A stretch of 64,000 bases of DNA, taken from Acidimicrobiales bacterium (GTDB lineage Bacteria > Actinomycetota > Actinomycetes > Mycobacteriales > QHCE01). Every line of letters begins with the position of its first letter. Position 1 is the first letter of the stretch. The stretch covers positions 5,475-69,474 of the forward strand of contig QHCE01000043.1 in NCBI GenBank assembly GCA_003243955.1. Reading direction: 5' to 3'. The notes below the pieces were generated by a model that worked only from the letters and a program-made list of their open reading frames with translations, was not told where the DNA came from and searched no databases. Both the position numbers and the translations under genes were made by a program. This document shows positions 10,632-19,782 of this stretch, one piece after another.

Positions 10632-11339
10632 ATGGTTATGGACTGGAATAACTTCTACGACAAGCTGCTCAACTTTGGGCCGTTCCTCGAACATAGCAAT
10701 GAAATCTGGTCCGGCTTCTTGGCCACTATCCGACTATCTGCGATGGCCGCGGTACTGGCGTTGGTCCTCGGCACACTCCTCGCGGCAATGCGTGTCTCAC
10801 CTGTTTCGGTGATGCGTGCCACCGCGACCATGTACGTCAACACGTTACGCAATACGCCGCTTACCCTCATTCTGTTGTTCTGCGGCCTTGGGCTTCGGGA
10901 CACACTCGGGTTTATGGCCCAGGCAGCCCCTACGGTCAGTGGCTATTGGCTAGCGGTCGCCGGGTTGTCCGCCTATACCGCGGCGTTTGTCTGCGAGACG
11001 CTGCGGTCGGGCATCAACACGGTGCCGATCGGTCAGGCCGAGGCAGCCCGATCAGTGGGGCTGCCTTTCTCGCAATCTCTGCGCCTGGTGATACTCCCGC
11101 AAGCATTTCGCGCAGTGATTGCACCGCTGGGAAGCGTGCTCATCGCCATGATCAAGAACACCTCCGTGGCGCTAGTGGCCGGCTACTTTGAAGCAACCGC
11201 AACGATGAAGCAACTGTTCGACGATGTAGGCGCTACCGTGCCCCTATTTTTCGGGTTCGCGATCGGATACATGATCCTTACTTTGCCAACTGGGCTGTTG
11301 TTCGGTTGGTTGGCTAAGCGAATGGCGGTGACCCGGTGA
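10632..11339 (+). CDS. gluC: Amino-acid ABC transporter permease
   Basis: 235 aa polytopic permease with GQAEAARSVGL EAA-type loop. Overlaps the next gene by 4 nt. Confidence 0.85.
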   Translation: MVMDWNNFYDKLLNFGPFLEHSNEIWSGFLATIRLSAMAAVLALVLGTLLAAMRVSPVSVMRATATMYVNTLRNTPLTLILLFCGLGLRDTLGFMAQAAPTVSGYWLAVAGLSAYTAAFVCETLRSGINTVPIGQAEAARSVGLPFSQSLRLVILPQAFRAVIAPLGSVLIAMIKNTSVALVAGYFEATATMKQLFDDVGATVPLFFGFAIGYMILTLPTGLLFGWLAKRMAVTR

Positions 11340-12277
11340 CAGAGGGTTCAGTGCGTATCCGGCAGCCGCGGAAACAACAGGGATCAGTGCTCTTTGACGC
11401 CCCTGGACCACGCGCCCGCTGGTTGAACCGGGTTCTGGGCGTCGTGACCGCGATCGTCGTGCTCGGTGTCGTAGGTTTGTTTGTCTGGCAGCTCGATAGG
11501 AAGGGCCAATGGGCTTGGGCACTATGGGAGCCATTTACTGAGGCCAAGGTATGGCAAAGCTTCATCCTCCCGGGGCTGAAGAACACGCTGAGCGCAGCGG
11601 TGGTCGCGGCCGCTCTCGCATTGGGGTTCGGCGTCATATTCGGTTTCGGTCGACTCTCTGAGCGTAGATGGATCCGGATGCCGTGTGGTGCCGCTGTGGA
11701 ATTCTTCCGCGCGATTCCAGTTCTCATCATGATCTTCTTTGCCCAAGCCGGACCGCCGGTGATCGCGGATGCATTCAACCGGTCTATTGAGCCCATCTCG
11801 GCCTTCGAGGCGGTCGTGATCGGCTTGACGCTCTATAACGGTTCTGTGTTCGTCGAAATTTTCCGAGCAGGTATCCGTGCGATACCAGCGGGTCAAGCCG
11901 AGGCCGGGTATGCGATCGGACTTCGTAAAAGTGCTGTAATGCTGCGGATTTTGCTACCCCAAGCCGTTACCACGATGATGCCAGTCATCGTGAGCCAAGT
12001 CGTGGTACTGCTCAAGGATTCCGCACTTGGCTACGTTATCGCCTACGAAGATCTACTCAATGCTGGTTTTGTGCAGATCAAATCTAATTTTAACAATCTG
12101 ATTCCCGCGGCGATAGTAATTACCGGCATCTACGTGGCCATTAACCTGACAGTTAGCTATTTAGCAGGCTGGCTTGAGCGTCGTAGTCGACGTAGCCGTA
12201 AGAGCGCTGCTGTCCCGCTCCCAGCTGATGCCAGCGCGCTTCTGGCCACTCCTTTCAGTAAGGGGCCGAGCATATGA
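11336..12277 (+). CDS. gluD: Amino-acid ABC transporter permease
   Basis: 313 aa polytopic permease with GQAEAGYAIGL loop. Fourth gene of the operon. Confidence 0.85.
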   Translation: MTEGSVRIRQPRKQQGSVLFDAPGPRARWLNRVLGVVTAIVVLGVVGLFVWQLDRKGQWAWALWEPFTEAKVWQSFILPGLKNTLSAAVVAAALALGFGVIFGFGRLSERRWIRMPCGAAVEFFRAIPVLIMIFFAQAGPPVIADAFNRSIEPISAFEAVVIGLTLYNGSVFVEIFRAGIRAIPAGQAEAGYAIGLRKSAVMLRILLPQAVTTMMPVIVSQVVVLLKDSALGYVIAYEDLLNAGFVQIKSNFNNLIPAAIVITGIYVAINLTVSYLAGWLERRSRRSRKSAAVPLPADASALLATPFSKGPSI

Positions 12278-12292
12278 GATGCATAATCAGCG

Positions 12293-12322
12293 ATGAGGGA
12301 TCGATGTAAGGAAATCCCTCAT
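12293..12322. terminator. Hairpin between convergent gluD and MFS genes
   Basis: ATGAGGGAT-12 nt-ATCCCTCAT, a perfect 9-bp stem. The right arm overlaps the MFS stop codon. Confidence 0.4.
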
Positions 12323-13542
12323 TTCAAGGTCTGGGCGTGGGGTAGCTGACGGACAGCGCAGGAGGCCAGGGGGATCACAGCCGCGATCATGTAGATGATG
12401 CCGGCGATCATGGTCAGGCGGAAAGCGCCAAACGTTTGGGCAAGCGGACCGACGCAGAGTTGGCCGATGGGGATCGAGGCGAAGGACAGTAGATTGTCAT
12501 AAGACGAAATACGTGAGAGCGCATGCGAGGGAACGTGTTCCTGCAGTGAGGTATCCCAGCTGATGCCTAGTGCCGAGGAACCCAGCCCAGCGAGAAAGGC
12601 GGCGGCGATTAGCCAGGGGGTATGCAGGTGTGCGCCGAGCGCAAGCAGAGGCAGTGCGCCGAGTGCACCCATCAATAGCCCCAGCCGCAGTAGGTGCCGG
12701 ACCACCATTCTATACATCAGCGCGCCCATGACCAGCAGGCCGATGCCGCGGGCGCTGAGTACAAATCCCCAGGCCGCCTCGCTACTGATCTGTTTGGTGA
12801 GCTCGGGCCCCAAAATTTGCCACGTGCCGGTTTGCACCAGGTTCACCAGGCAGAAAGACACGGTCACTACCCACACCCAGGGAGTGCGGCAGAACTCGGC
12901 CCACCCGTAGCAAATGTCAGTCAGCATGCCGGTTAGCATCGTGGCCGATCGGGGCCGAGTCGCGCTTGTAGAGAGGGACAGACGGGCGAGGCAACCAGCC
13001 GCAACTAGGTAAGTCAACGCGTCGAAGGCGATGGCCGGACCGCTGCCGACTATCACGACGAGCACACCAGACAGGCTCGGCCCAAGGATCTTTGTGGCGT
13101 TGCGCACCGACCCCAACAGAGAATTCGCCTCCTGGAGCTGGGTCTTGTCGACGAGCTGGGGTACAACCCCGCGTAGCGCCGGCATGGTAAACGCGGTAAG
13201 TACACCGTTGATGAGCTCCAACGCGGCCACGAAGAACAGAGAGTAGTGACCGGTCAGCAGTAGCAGTGCGACGCCACCCTGTGTGAGTCCTGAGCCCAGG
13301 CTGCCAGCCACCAATACAGTCCGTCGCGAGAACCGATCGGCCACGGCCCCGCCCACGAGTAGAAACGCTAGCAGCGGCAGCATATGAGCAGCGAGAATGA
13401 TGCCGAGGTCGCTGGCGCTCCCAGAGGCGTCCAGAACCGCGAACGCTAGCGCGACCGGTGCCATCGAACTGCCGAGCAGGGACACCAGCTGCCCGGTGAG
13501 GAACCAGCGAAAATCTTTTTGCCTGATCAGGGATGAGCTCAC
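12319..13542 (-). CDS. MFS transporter
   Basis: 407 aa, about 12 hydrophobic spans, D-R-x-x-R-R-like loop ADRFSRRTV. Confidence 0.85.
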   Translation of the reverse strand: MSSSLIRQKDFRWFLTGQLVSLLGSSMAPVALAFAVLDASGSASDLGIILAAHMLPLLAFLLVGGAVADRFSRRTVLVAGSLGSGLTQGGVALLLLTGHYSLFFVAALELINGVLTAFTMPALRGVVPQLVDKTQLQEANSLLGSVRNATKILGPSLSGVLVVIVGSGPAIAFDALTYLVAAGCLARLSLSTSATRPRSATMLTGMLTDICYGWAEFCRTPWVWVVTVSFCLVNLVQTGTWQILGPELTKQISSEAAWGFVLSARGIGLLVMGALMYRMVVRHLLRLGLLMGALGALPLLALGAHLHTPWLIAAAFLAGLGSSALGISWDTSLQEHVPSHALSRISSYDNLLSFASIPIGQLCVGPLAQTFGAFRLTMIAGIIYMIAAVIPLASCAVRQLPHAQTLK

Positions 13543-13601
13543 CGATCACAGTCTTAGCTCAGCGCCAGAGCCGGCGCTATAGTTTCGGCGGGAGGCGAAA
13601 G

Positions 13602-14588
13602 GTGACGCTGCTGCGACTAAGCTCGATGGCCCTTTCTCGCTCACGCTTCGCGCTCTCCCCACTCGCCGAGACTCTGGGGTCGATGATCGTATTGGGCAAG
13701 CCACACTCCGATCCGTGGCTAGGCTCCTGGCATGCTCGCCACCACGCCGGGTTCAACGTCATTCTCAACGCGGATCCGTTTGCCAAAGGCCTGGTTGGGT
13801 TGCTCGGCTCGACGAAGTGGCTGCCCCGCTTCGTCGCCATCCCGCCGCCGGGCGGCATGCATACCACGCTCACCTGCGAGCTGACGAACGTAGCCGGTGC
13901 GTCTGACGGGCAGGTGCGCAACGAGCTGGAAAAGTCGGTAGCGCACAGCTGGGCGCAGCACGATCTGGGCTGGTTGTCCCGTCAGGGGTGGGGGGCCAGA
14001 ACAGCCAGTCTGTTGAACTTCGTGTGGGAAACCTACGTGTCCCCGGACTGGCCGCGCCGGCGGGCGCTGCTAGAACGAGACGTTACCTATCGGGCGGGGC
14101 TACTAGCTGCTTACGGTTGGCCTCGCGCCCTGCAACACATGAGCCGTCGAAGCGCCTGGGTCGGCACCGACGCGATCCGCTTCAGCAACCAAACCACCCC
14201 AGACCTCGTCGTTGACGACGAGGGAATGCTGTTCGTGCCGGTCAGCGTGTCGAGCGGCTCATGGCTGTGCCAGGCACCCCCAGCGCGGTACGCGCTGGTC
14301 TATCCGGCGCGCGGATTAGCCTCGGGCGCGCCAGAGCGGCCGGATGGTGCCTTGGAGCGGTTGATCGGCACCGGCCGCGCAGCAATTCTCTACGAACTTG
14401 AACGCCCAGCTACTAGCAGTGAACTCGCCGCGCGGCTCGGCCAGTCACTCGGCACTATCGGAGGCCACCTAGCTGTACTACGCAACGCAAACCTGATCAT
14501 TGGAACGAGAGTCGGCCGACGTGTAGTTTACCGGCGCACTGAGACCGGCGATCGGCTTGCTAATCAGCGCGAAGCTTGTGGTGGTTAG
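13602..14588 (+). CDS. ArsR-type winged-helix regulator with N-terminal DUF5937-like domain
   Basis: C-terminal RAAILYELERPATSSELAARLGQSLGTIGGHLAVLRNANLI. GTG 13602 follows GGGAGG. Divergent from the MFS gene. Confidence 0.7.
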   Translation: MTLLRLSSMALSRSRFALSPLAETLGSMIVLGKPHSDPWLGSWHARHHAGFNVILNADPFAKGLVGLLGSTKWLPRFVAIPPPGGMHTTLTCELTNVAGASDGQVRNELEKSVAHSWAQHDLGWLSRQGWGARTASLLNFVWETYVSPDWPRRRALLERDVTYRAGLLAAYGWPRALQHMSRRSAWVGTDAIRFSNQTTPDLVVDDEGMLFVPVSVSSGSWLCQAPPARYALVYPARGLASGAPERPDGALERLIGTGRAAILYELERPATSSELAARLGQSLGTIGGHLAVLRNANLIIGTRVGRRVVYRRTETGDRLANQREACGG

Positions 14589-14682
14589 GATTTAACTGTG
14601 CGTCCCCCATGGCGTTGGACCAGTTCTGGGGCGGCCAACCTTCGATTTTGCGCGACATCTGCGGTTGTGACTCCGAAGAAGC

Positions 14683-14736
14683 TAACGCCCGGTTGTCCAG
14701 CGAATCGTGAGTTTTTCGCTGGACAACCGGGCGTTA
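14683..14736. terminator. 22-bp perfect-stem hairpin between convergent genes
   Basis: TAACGCCCGGTTGTCCAGCGAA (14683-14704) pairs perfectly with 14715-14736 around a 10-nt loop. Confidence 0.5.
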
Positions 14737-14810
14737 ATGCAGACGTAGTGATATTTACCGCTACGTCATCCTCCAAGACAGTACTCGTGCAACCGACTAC
14801 GAAATCAGGG

Positions 14811-15263
14811 TTACTTGGATAGCTCTCGTTTGGGTGTGGCGATGAGTACCCCTAAGGCAACCATGCCAACGCCTAGTGCAAGGTGGAGCCAATTGTCGGC
14901 AGTGTTAAGAGGTACGAAGTTTGCGGCACTGTCGTAGTCAACGACCAGGCCATAGACCCACAGCACCAGGTAGATGGCGCCGCCTCCGATAAGAAAGGTA
15001 CGGGCGCCGCGCAGAGTACTCGCCATTGCTAGGCCAGCTACCCCAAAGGCCGCATGCACGAGATTATGCAGAATCGATACTTTGAATAGACCCAGTAGCA
15101 TGGCTGAGGAATTGTGTCCAGCGAAACTAAGTTGGTCGTAATGGGTAGTGATCCCAGGAATGAAACCAGCGATGCCCACCAGCAAGAACACAGCGCCCAC
15201 TCCTAAGGCAACAAGTTGCCCTAGCTCGCGATTTTTAACATCGGTATTCTGCAGCCGAGTCAT
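14811..15263 (-). CDS. DUF4383 membrane protein
   Basis: GFIPGITTHYDQLSFAGHNSSAMLLGLFKVSILHNLVH is typical of DUF4383. Confidence 0.75.
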   Translation of the reverse strand: MTRLQNTDVKNRELGQLVALGVGAVFLLVGIAGFIPGITTHYDQLSFAGHNSSAMLLGLFKVSILHNLVHAAFGVAGLAMASTLRGARTFLIGGGAIYLVLWVYGLVVDYDSAANFVPLNTADNWLHLALGVGMVALGVLIATPKRELSK

Positions 15264-15297
15264 GATTTCTCCTTCGTGATGCTTTGTGTGGGAACGA

Positions 15298-15321
15298 ACA
15301 TTGATGCCTGAACATCAATGT
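15298..15321. promoter_or_regulatory. Hairpin/dyad in the 5-prime region of the DUF4383 gene
   Basis: ACATTGATG-CCTGAA-CATCAATGT, a perfect 9-bp dyad 35 nt upstream of start codon 15263. Confidence 0.3.
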
Positions 15322-15351
15322 ATCAATTATGTCGGATTTGGTACCCAAACG

Positions 15352-15390
15352 AAAGAAAAAGATGCGCGCCGTGTGCACATCTTTTTCTTT
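15352..15390 (-). terminator. Hairpin downstream of the DUF5999 gene
   Basis: AAAGAAAAAGATG-13 nt-CATCTTTTTCTTT, a 13-bp stem with T-rich flanks. Confidence 0.5.
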
Positions 15391-15474
15391 TTGAAGCTGA
15401 AAATGTTTTTTTCGGCTTCACGGCAATAGTCTGCACCTGAGCTGAGCTCGTGACGATGGGAATTCAGTAAGCCT

Positions 15475-15672
15475 TCACGCCGCGGCATGGCATGGTTCAG
15501 GTCGCGCAGGCGCGACCGAGCGGCCGTCGGGCAGTAGCTCGCCGGTATCGTCGAACACAATGACACCGTTGCACAGTAGATTCCACCCTTGCTCAGGATG
15601 GAAGGCCACAATGCGAGCGGCTTCTCGATCAGCTGCAGCGGAAGCCGGACACAGTGGTTGATGCGGGCACAT
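15475..15672 (-). CDS. DUF5999 family protein
   Basis: MCPHQPLCP..DREAARIVAFHPEQGWNLLCNGVIVFDDTGELLPDGR matches the conserved actinobacterial DUF5999 pattern. Confidence 0.7.
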   Translation of the reverse strand: MCPHQPLCPASAAADREAARIVAFHPEQGWNLLCNGVIVFDDTGELLPDGRSVAPARPEPCHAAA

Positions 15673-15832
15673 GATGTGCGCTCCTAGTACATAGCTGGTG
15701 TGTGGTTTCCATCACACACCATATTGTCTCGAAAAAGCTGCCGTAGCGGTACAAGACAGGCATTTAGGGGATAACGAAATGGATACTTGGTCACCAGCAG
15801 GTGCCAATCGGTGCTGGCTTGGGCCAACCTGA

Positions 15833-17026
15833 ATGGTCACGTTGGTGGAAGTCGCGCGCTGGGAGTGGCAGCTCCAGGATGGCGGCGATCCCGCGCAACT
15901 ATTGCAAGACTTCGTCATCTCGCAAGGTTTCTCCGCTCAGCAACTAGTGTTGCTGGGAAAAGGATACAACGCCGCATTGGGGGGCAAGCGGTGCCACCGA
16001 CGTGCCGCGCTATTATTCTCCGCCGCGGGTGCCGCGGTGATGGCCGCAGCTCGGTTAGGCTATGCGGCTAGACAAACCGCCACATCCAATCCTGCGTCAT
16101 TCAACCCAACGCCACAGCTCCCCGATGTTGCGGTCGTGGTCTACGACGCGGCGCCAGCTCGTAGTGGCACGGCGGTTGTTGGCAAGCCACGTGGAGGTTA
16201 CCGCATCGGTGCTTGGAAATCCTCTTGGAGCTCAACTGAGTACAAGCGGGCTATAGAGCATGTGCGCAGCGCGATTGCTGATGGGCAGGTGTATCAGGCC
16301 AATGTTGTGGGGCATCTCAGCGCGTCCTACGAGGGTGATCCCAGCGCTGGCCTGCGCGCCGTGTCAGAGCTTCCTGGGGCACGGTTTGGTCAGCTGTTGA
16401 GCGGGCACGGCTGGGCGGTAGCTATGGGTTCACCCGAGCTGTTAGTGCGAGCTACCAATGGAGTGGTAACTACCAAGCCAATCAAAGGCACCCGTCCTCG
16501 CACAGCCACGGGGCGCCGTGAGCTCGCGACTTCGGCCAAAGAACATGCCGAGCACATCATGATCGTGGATATGGCTCGCAACGATGTTGCTCAAATAGCC
16601 ACAGTTGGCTCTGTGGTTGTGCGGGAGCTTTTCGTCGCACAACCGTGGTGTGATTTGTGGCAGGCCGAATCCACGGTTGAAGCGGAGCTGCGACCAGACG
16701 TGGGTATCGCTGATCTCCTGAGCGCGCTCTGTCCTGCCGCTTCGGTGACTGGGGCGCCCAAACTTGCTGCTCTGCGATTGCTCAATGAACTGGAGCCGGT
16801 TGGTCGCGGGCCCAGCATGGGAGCCATAGGTTGGCTTACTAGCACGAAACTCGAGCTAGGGGTGAGTATCCGCACGCTGGCCGCAGTTGATGGTCGGTTT
16901 CATCTATGGGCTGGTGGCGGTATCACGTGGGGGAGTGACCCGGCCGAGGAGGTTGCGGAAGCTGAAGCAAAGTCTCTGCCTATTCGTCGCATCTGTACCC
17001 TTTTGGGCGGCAATGGGGTACACTGA
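15833..17026 (+). CDS. Chorismate-binding enzyme (aminodeoxychorismate synthase component I-like)
   Basis: PELLVRATNGVVTTKPIKGTRPR, EHIMIVDMARNDV, SVTGAPK, RGPSMGAIGW, GGGITWGSDP motifs. N-terminal boundary uncertain. Confidence 0.8.
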   Translation: MVTLVEVARWEWQLQDGGDPAQLLQDFVISQGFSAQQLVLLGKGYNAALGGKRCHRRAALLFSAAGAAVMAAARLGYAARQTATSNPASFNPTPQLPDVAVVVYDAAPARSGTAVVGKPRGGYRIGAWKSSWSSTEYKRAIEHVRSAIADGQVYQANVVGHLSASYEGDPSAGLRAVSELPGARFGQLLSGHGWAVAMGSPELLVRATNGVVTTKPIKGTRPRTATGRRELATSAKEHAEHIMIVDMARNDVAQIATVGSVVVRELFVAQPWCDLWQAESTVEAELRPDVGIADLLSALCPAASVTGAPKLAALRLLNELEPVGRGPSMGAIGWLTSTKLELGVSIRTLAAVDGRFHLWAGGGITWGSDPAEEVAEAEAKSLPIRRICTLLGGNGVH

Positions 17027-17071
17027 CACATCATGTAGTGGCCACGGCGCAACCTCGCCCCGACTGATTGT

Positions 17072-17140
17072 TTTTCCACAGGATTGCCCACAGGACGATC
17101 CCCAGCTCAGCCGCGCCTAGCATCGGCGCGCTGTGGATAA
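17072..17140. promoter_or_regulatory. Cluster of three DnaA-box-like 9-mers
   Basis: TTTTCCACA (17072-17080), TTGCCCACA (17084-17092) and TTATCCACA on the minus strand (17132-17140). Confidence 0.35.
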
Positions 17141-17194
17141 TTCGGATATGTAAAACGCTGCCCTGGCAAGGACTTATTAGCGTAGATTCGTCGC

Positions 17195-18400
17195 ATGAGC
17201 GCGATGAATCCAGTAATGAGCGGTTTACGGTCTAACCGACTTGGCCCGCTTGGCCGCGTGATTAACGCGATGCGCCCGCATCCGCTTCGAAAAGAAGCTA
17301 GGCAGGAGATCATCGCGCTTCAGAATGGGCTCCAGGCGTTCGCCGCACGATACGGCCTCGAGGACTCATCAGGGGCTGTGGGGGAGCAGACTACGAGCTC
17401 TGGTGCTCCGCCAATCGATCACGAACTCAACGAGCAGCTGCGCGTCGTACTCGAGCAAGCGTGCGCCTATTTAACAGAACTGGAGACCGGCAAGCTCCCG
17501 CGTGAAGTTCCCGATTTCGCGCAGCTAGTCGCAGATCTCGAGGATGGCGGCTCGGGGTCGCCCGCAGGGTTGACGGCTCGGGCCGAACTTGCCGGCTTGC
17601 TTCGGAAAATTGACCAACTGGACAACTCCTGGCTCACGGAAGCTCGCCGGAATCGACGAGGTCGCAAACTATGGGCGGCCCGAGACGTCAACCGCGACAA
17701 CATTGATGACGCGGTGCAGCGGCGGCGAACCGAACCTGAGCCCTTAGCCAGGTCACAACTTTCTAGTGCACCCGATTTCACTGAGGCTACCCAAGCGCTG
17801 ATGGCACAGGCCACACAACGCAGGAATGACCTTGCGTCGCAGCTGAAGCGTGAGCAAGCAAAACTCGAGGCTGAACGTGACGAGCGCGATGACGAACCTC
17901 CAATCGGTTATACAGCATTTTGGAATCGTTACGGCCACGAGGTAACACTGCTCCTTATCGCGCTGGAATACGTCGGAGAGGGTGTCGAAGTCACCACACC
18001 AGCGGCGGCCGCCGAACTGCTACACCTGCCGCCTAACGTGCCACCACAGCAGATTCTGGAACGGCTAAGAAGCGAGTTCGAGGGGCGCTACCTGCCGTTT
18101 GGCACAGACTATGACGTTGCAATACTCGAGGCTGTGGCGTCCGGTATGCCCATCGCAGACGCTGTTTTGTTGTCTCAAGAACATGTACTCAAAGCCAATG
18201 GGACTCTCAATACCGCCGCCATGAGGGAACCCGAACTAGCCATACGGCCTCAGGCAGCCGTGCTGGAGCATGGGATCCCGCCAAGCATTCAGGAACGTGC
18301 GCCATGGCGTGCGGTAAATCCGCTAGAGATCGCTCGCGCGGCTCGTAACATGCCCGCACCTCAGCGGTCACTAGCGGATAGTGCTGGTGGGGGAGACTGA
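17195..18400 (+). CDS. Hypothetical acidic protein (401 aa), no family recognised
   Basis: Long ORF with protein-like composition. Charged coiled-coil-like middle (QLKREQAKLEAERDERDDE). Confidence 0.6.
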   Translation: MSAMNPVMSGLRSNRLGPLGRVINAMRPHPLRKEARQEIIALQNGLQAFAARYGLEDSSGAVGEQTTSSGAPPIDHELNEQLRVVLEQACAYLTELETGKLPREVPDFAQLVADLEDGGSGSPAGLTARAELAGLLRKIDQLDNSWLTEARRNRRGRKLWAARDVNRDNIDDAVQRRRTEPEPLARSQLSSAPDFTEATQALMAQATQRRNDLASQLKREQAKLEAERDERDDEPPIGYTAFWNRYGHEVTLLLIALEYVGEGVEVTTPAAAAELLHLPPNVPPQQILERLRSEFEGRYLPFGTDYDVAILEAVASGMPIADAVLLSQEHVLKANGTLNTAAMREPELAIRPQAAVLEHGIPPSIQERAPWRAVNPLEIARAARNMPAPQRSLADSAGGGD

Positions 18401-18487
18401 CATAGCTTTGCCTTTAGGCGTGCCAGGGTAGGCTAAGTGACACAAGCTTGATCGCGCTTATCACATTGCTATCGAGGAGATTTCGGT

Positions 18488-19339
18488 ATGGCATCTGAGG
18501 TTAATGGAACTTTTTTTATCGGGGGAGATCTAGAGGTACGCCGACTCGGCTTTGGCGCTATGCGGCTGACGGGTGAAGGTATTTGGGGCCAACCTCGTGA
18601 TCGAAGGGCGGCAGTTTCAACCGCGCGGCGCACGGTAGAGCTCGGCATCAACTTCATCGACACTGCCGACTCGTACGGACCAGGTGTCAGCGAGGAAATT
18701 CTCGCAGAGGCACTGTATCCATATCCAGAAGGTTTGGTCATCGCGACAAAAGCGGGCCTAGCTCGGACTGGGCCCGACCAGTGGGAGCCGTTGGGCCGTC
18801 CTGAGTATCTACGCCAGCAGGCGGAGCTGAGTTTGCGCCGGCTGCGGTTGGATCGCATCGATTTGTTTCAGTTGCACCGTATTGACCCCCAGGTTCGACT
18901 GGAAGACCAGCTGGGCGCGTTGCGTGAGTTGCAACAAGAGGGCAAGGTGCGGCACATCGGGCTGTCGGAGGTCTCAGTGAAGGAGCTCAAAGAAGCACGC
19001 AGCATTGCCGAAATTGTCAGCGTGCAGAATCTGTTCAACCTCACTAACAAGCAGTCCGAGGACGTCTTGGAGTACTGCGAGGCGGAAAACCTAGCCTTTA
19101 TTCCGTGGTTTCCCATAGCTAGCGGTCAGCATGCTGGTCCCGACAGTCCCATAGCTGATATCGCTCAAGAAGTGGGTGCTACACCTAGTCAAGTTTCACT
19201 GGCCTGGCTGCTGCGCCGCTCTCCTGTGATTCTGCCGATTCCAGGCACGAGCTCCGTAGCGCATTTGGAAGAGAACACCGCGGCCAGCCGAGTCTCGCTC
19301 TCGGACGAGCAGTTTCAGCGCCTGTCGCAGCTGGCCTAA
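18488..19339 (+). CDS. Aldo/keto reductase
   Basis: 283 aa with [12 protein letters not shown].. and ..LEENT.. AKR signatures. Confidence 0.9.
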   Translation: MASEVNGTFFIGGDLEVRRLGFGAMRLTGEGIWGQPRDRRAAVSTARRTVELGINFIDTADSYGPGVSEEILAEALYPYPEGLVIATKAGLARTGPDQWEPLGRPEYLRQQAELSLRRLRLDRIDLFQLHRIDPQVRLEDQLGALRELQQEGKVRHIGLSEVSVKELKEARSIAEIVSVQNLFNLTNKQSEDVLEYCEAENLAFIPWFPIASGQHAGPDSPIADIAQEVGATPSQVSLAWLLRRSPVILPIPGTSSVAHLEENTAASRVSLSDEQFQRLSQLA

Positions 19340-19370
19340 CCAAATTCGCTTCGAAGGTAGTGGCCTAGTA

Positions 19371-19655
19371 CTAGGCGATCATGCGGGTCAGGGCTGCTTG
19401 TAGTAGGTGAATGTGATTGTTATCAAGGCTGCCGATGGGTTTGTGGCCGATGAGTCGCTCGCAATCGATAGTGATGATTTGTTCAGTGATCGCGTAGCTC
19501 GCGGGCTTAAGGAAGGGCAGATCGATGGGCACACGGAAATCCAAATCTCGCGCACGAGTGGTCACTGGGACGACAAGGGTTACAGAGGTGGACAGCCGGC
19601 AATGAAAAGACGAAGCAACGATGATGCCGGGACGGCATAACGAGCCAAGAGGGCC
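19371..19655 (-). pseudogene. mazF: MazF/PemK-family toxin remnant lacking its N-terminus and any antitoxin gene
   Basis: The frame reads RPGIIVASSFHCRLSTSVTLVVPVTTRARDL..QIITIDCERLIG (MazF core). An in-frame stop at 19656-19658 leaves no room for the first ~25 residues, and no mazE-like ORF lies upstream. Confidence 0.6.
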
Positions 19656-19782
19656 TCAGCTTCGACTACTTGACATAATGTATATTATCGGCACTAGGTA
19701 ACAGGTGGGGGGCGGGGCTCAAAGTTCGGCTAACCATGGATCCAAAATCCGTATTGGCAGGATTTGGGGTAGCCTAATCCTG

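Noticed and set aside
17072-17140. DnaA-box cluster as a replication origin.
   Set aside because: There are only three boxes, no adjacent AT-rich unwinding element, and no dnaA, dnaN, rpmH or parAB genes nearby. It is kept only as a possible DnaA-binding regulatory site.
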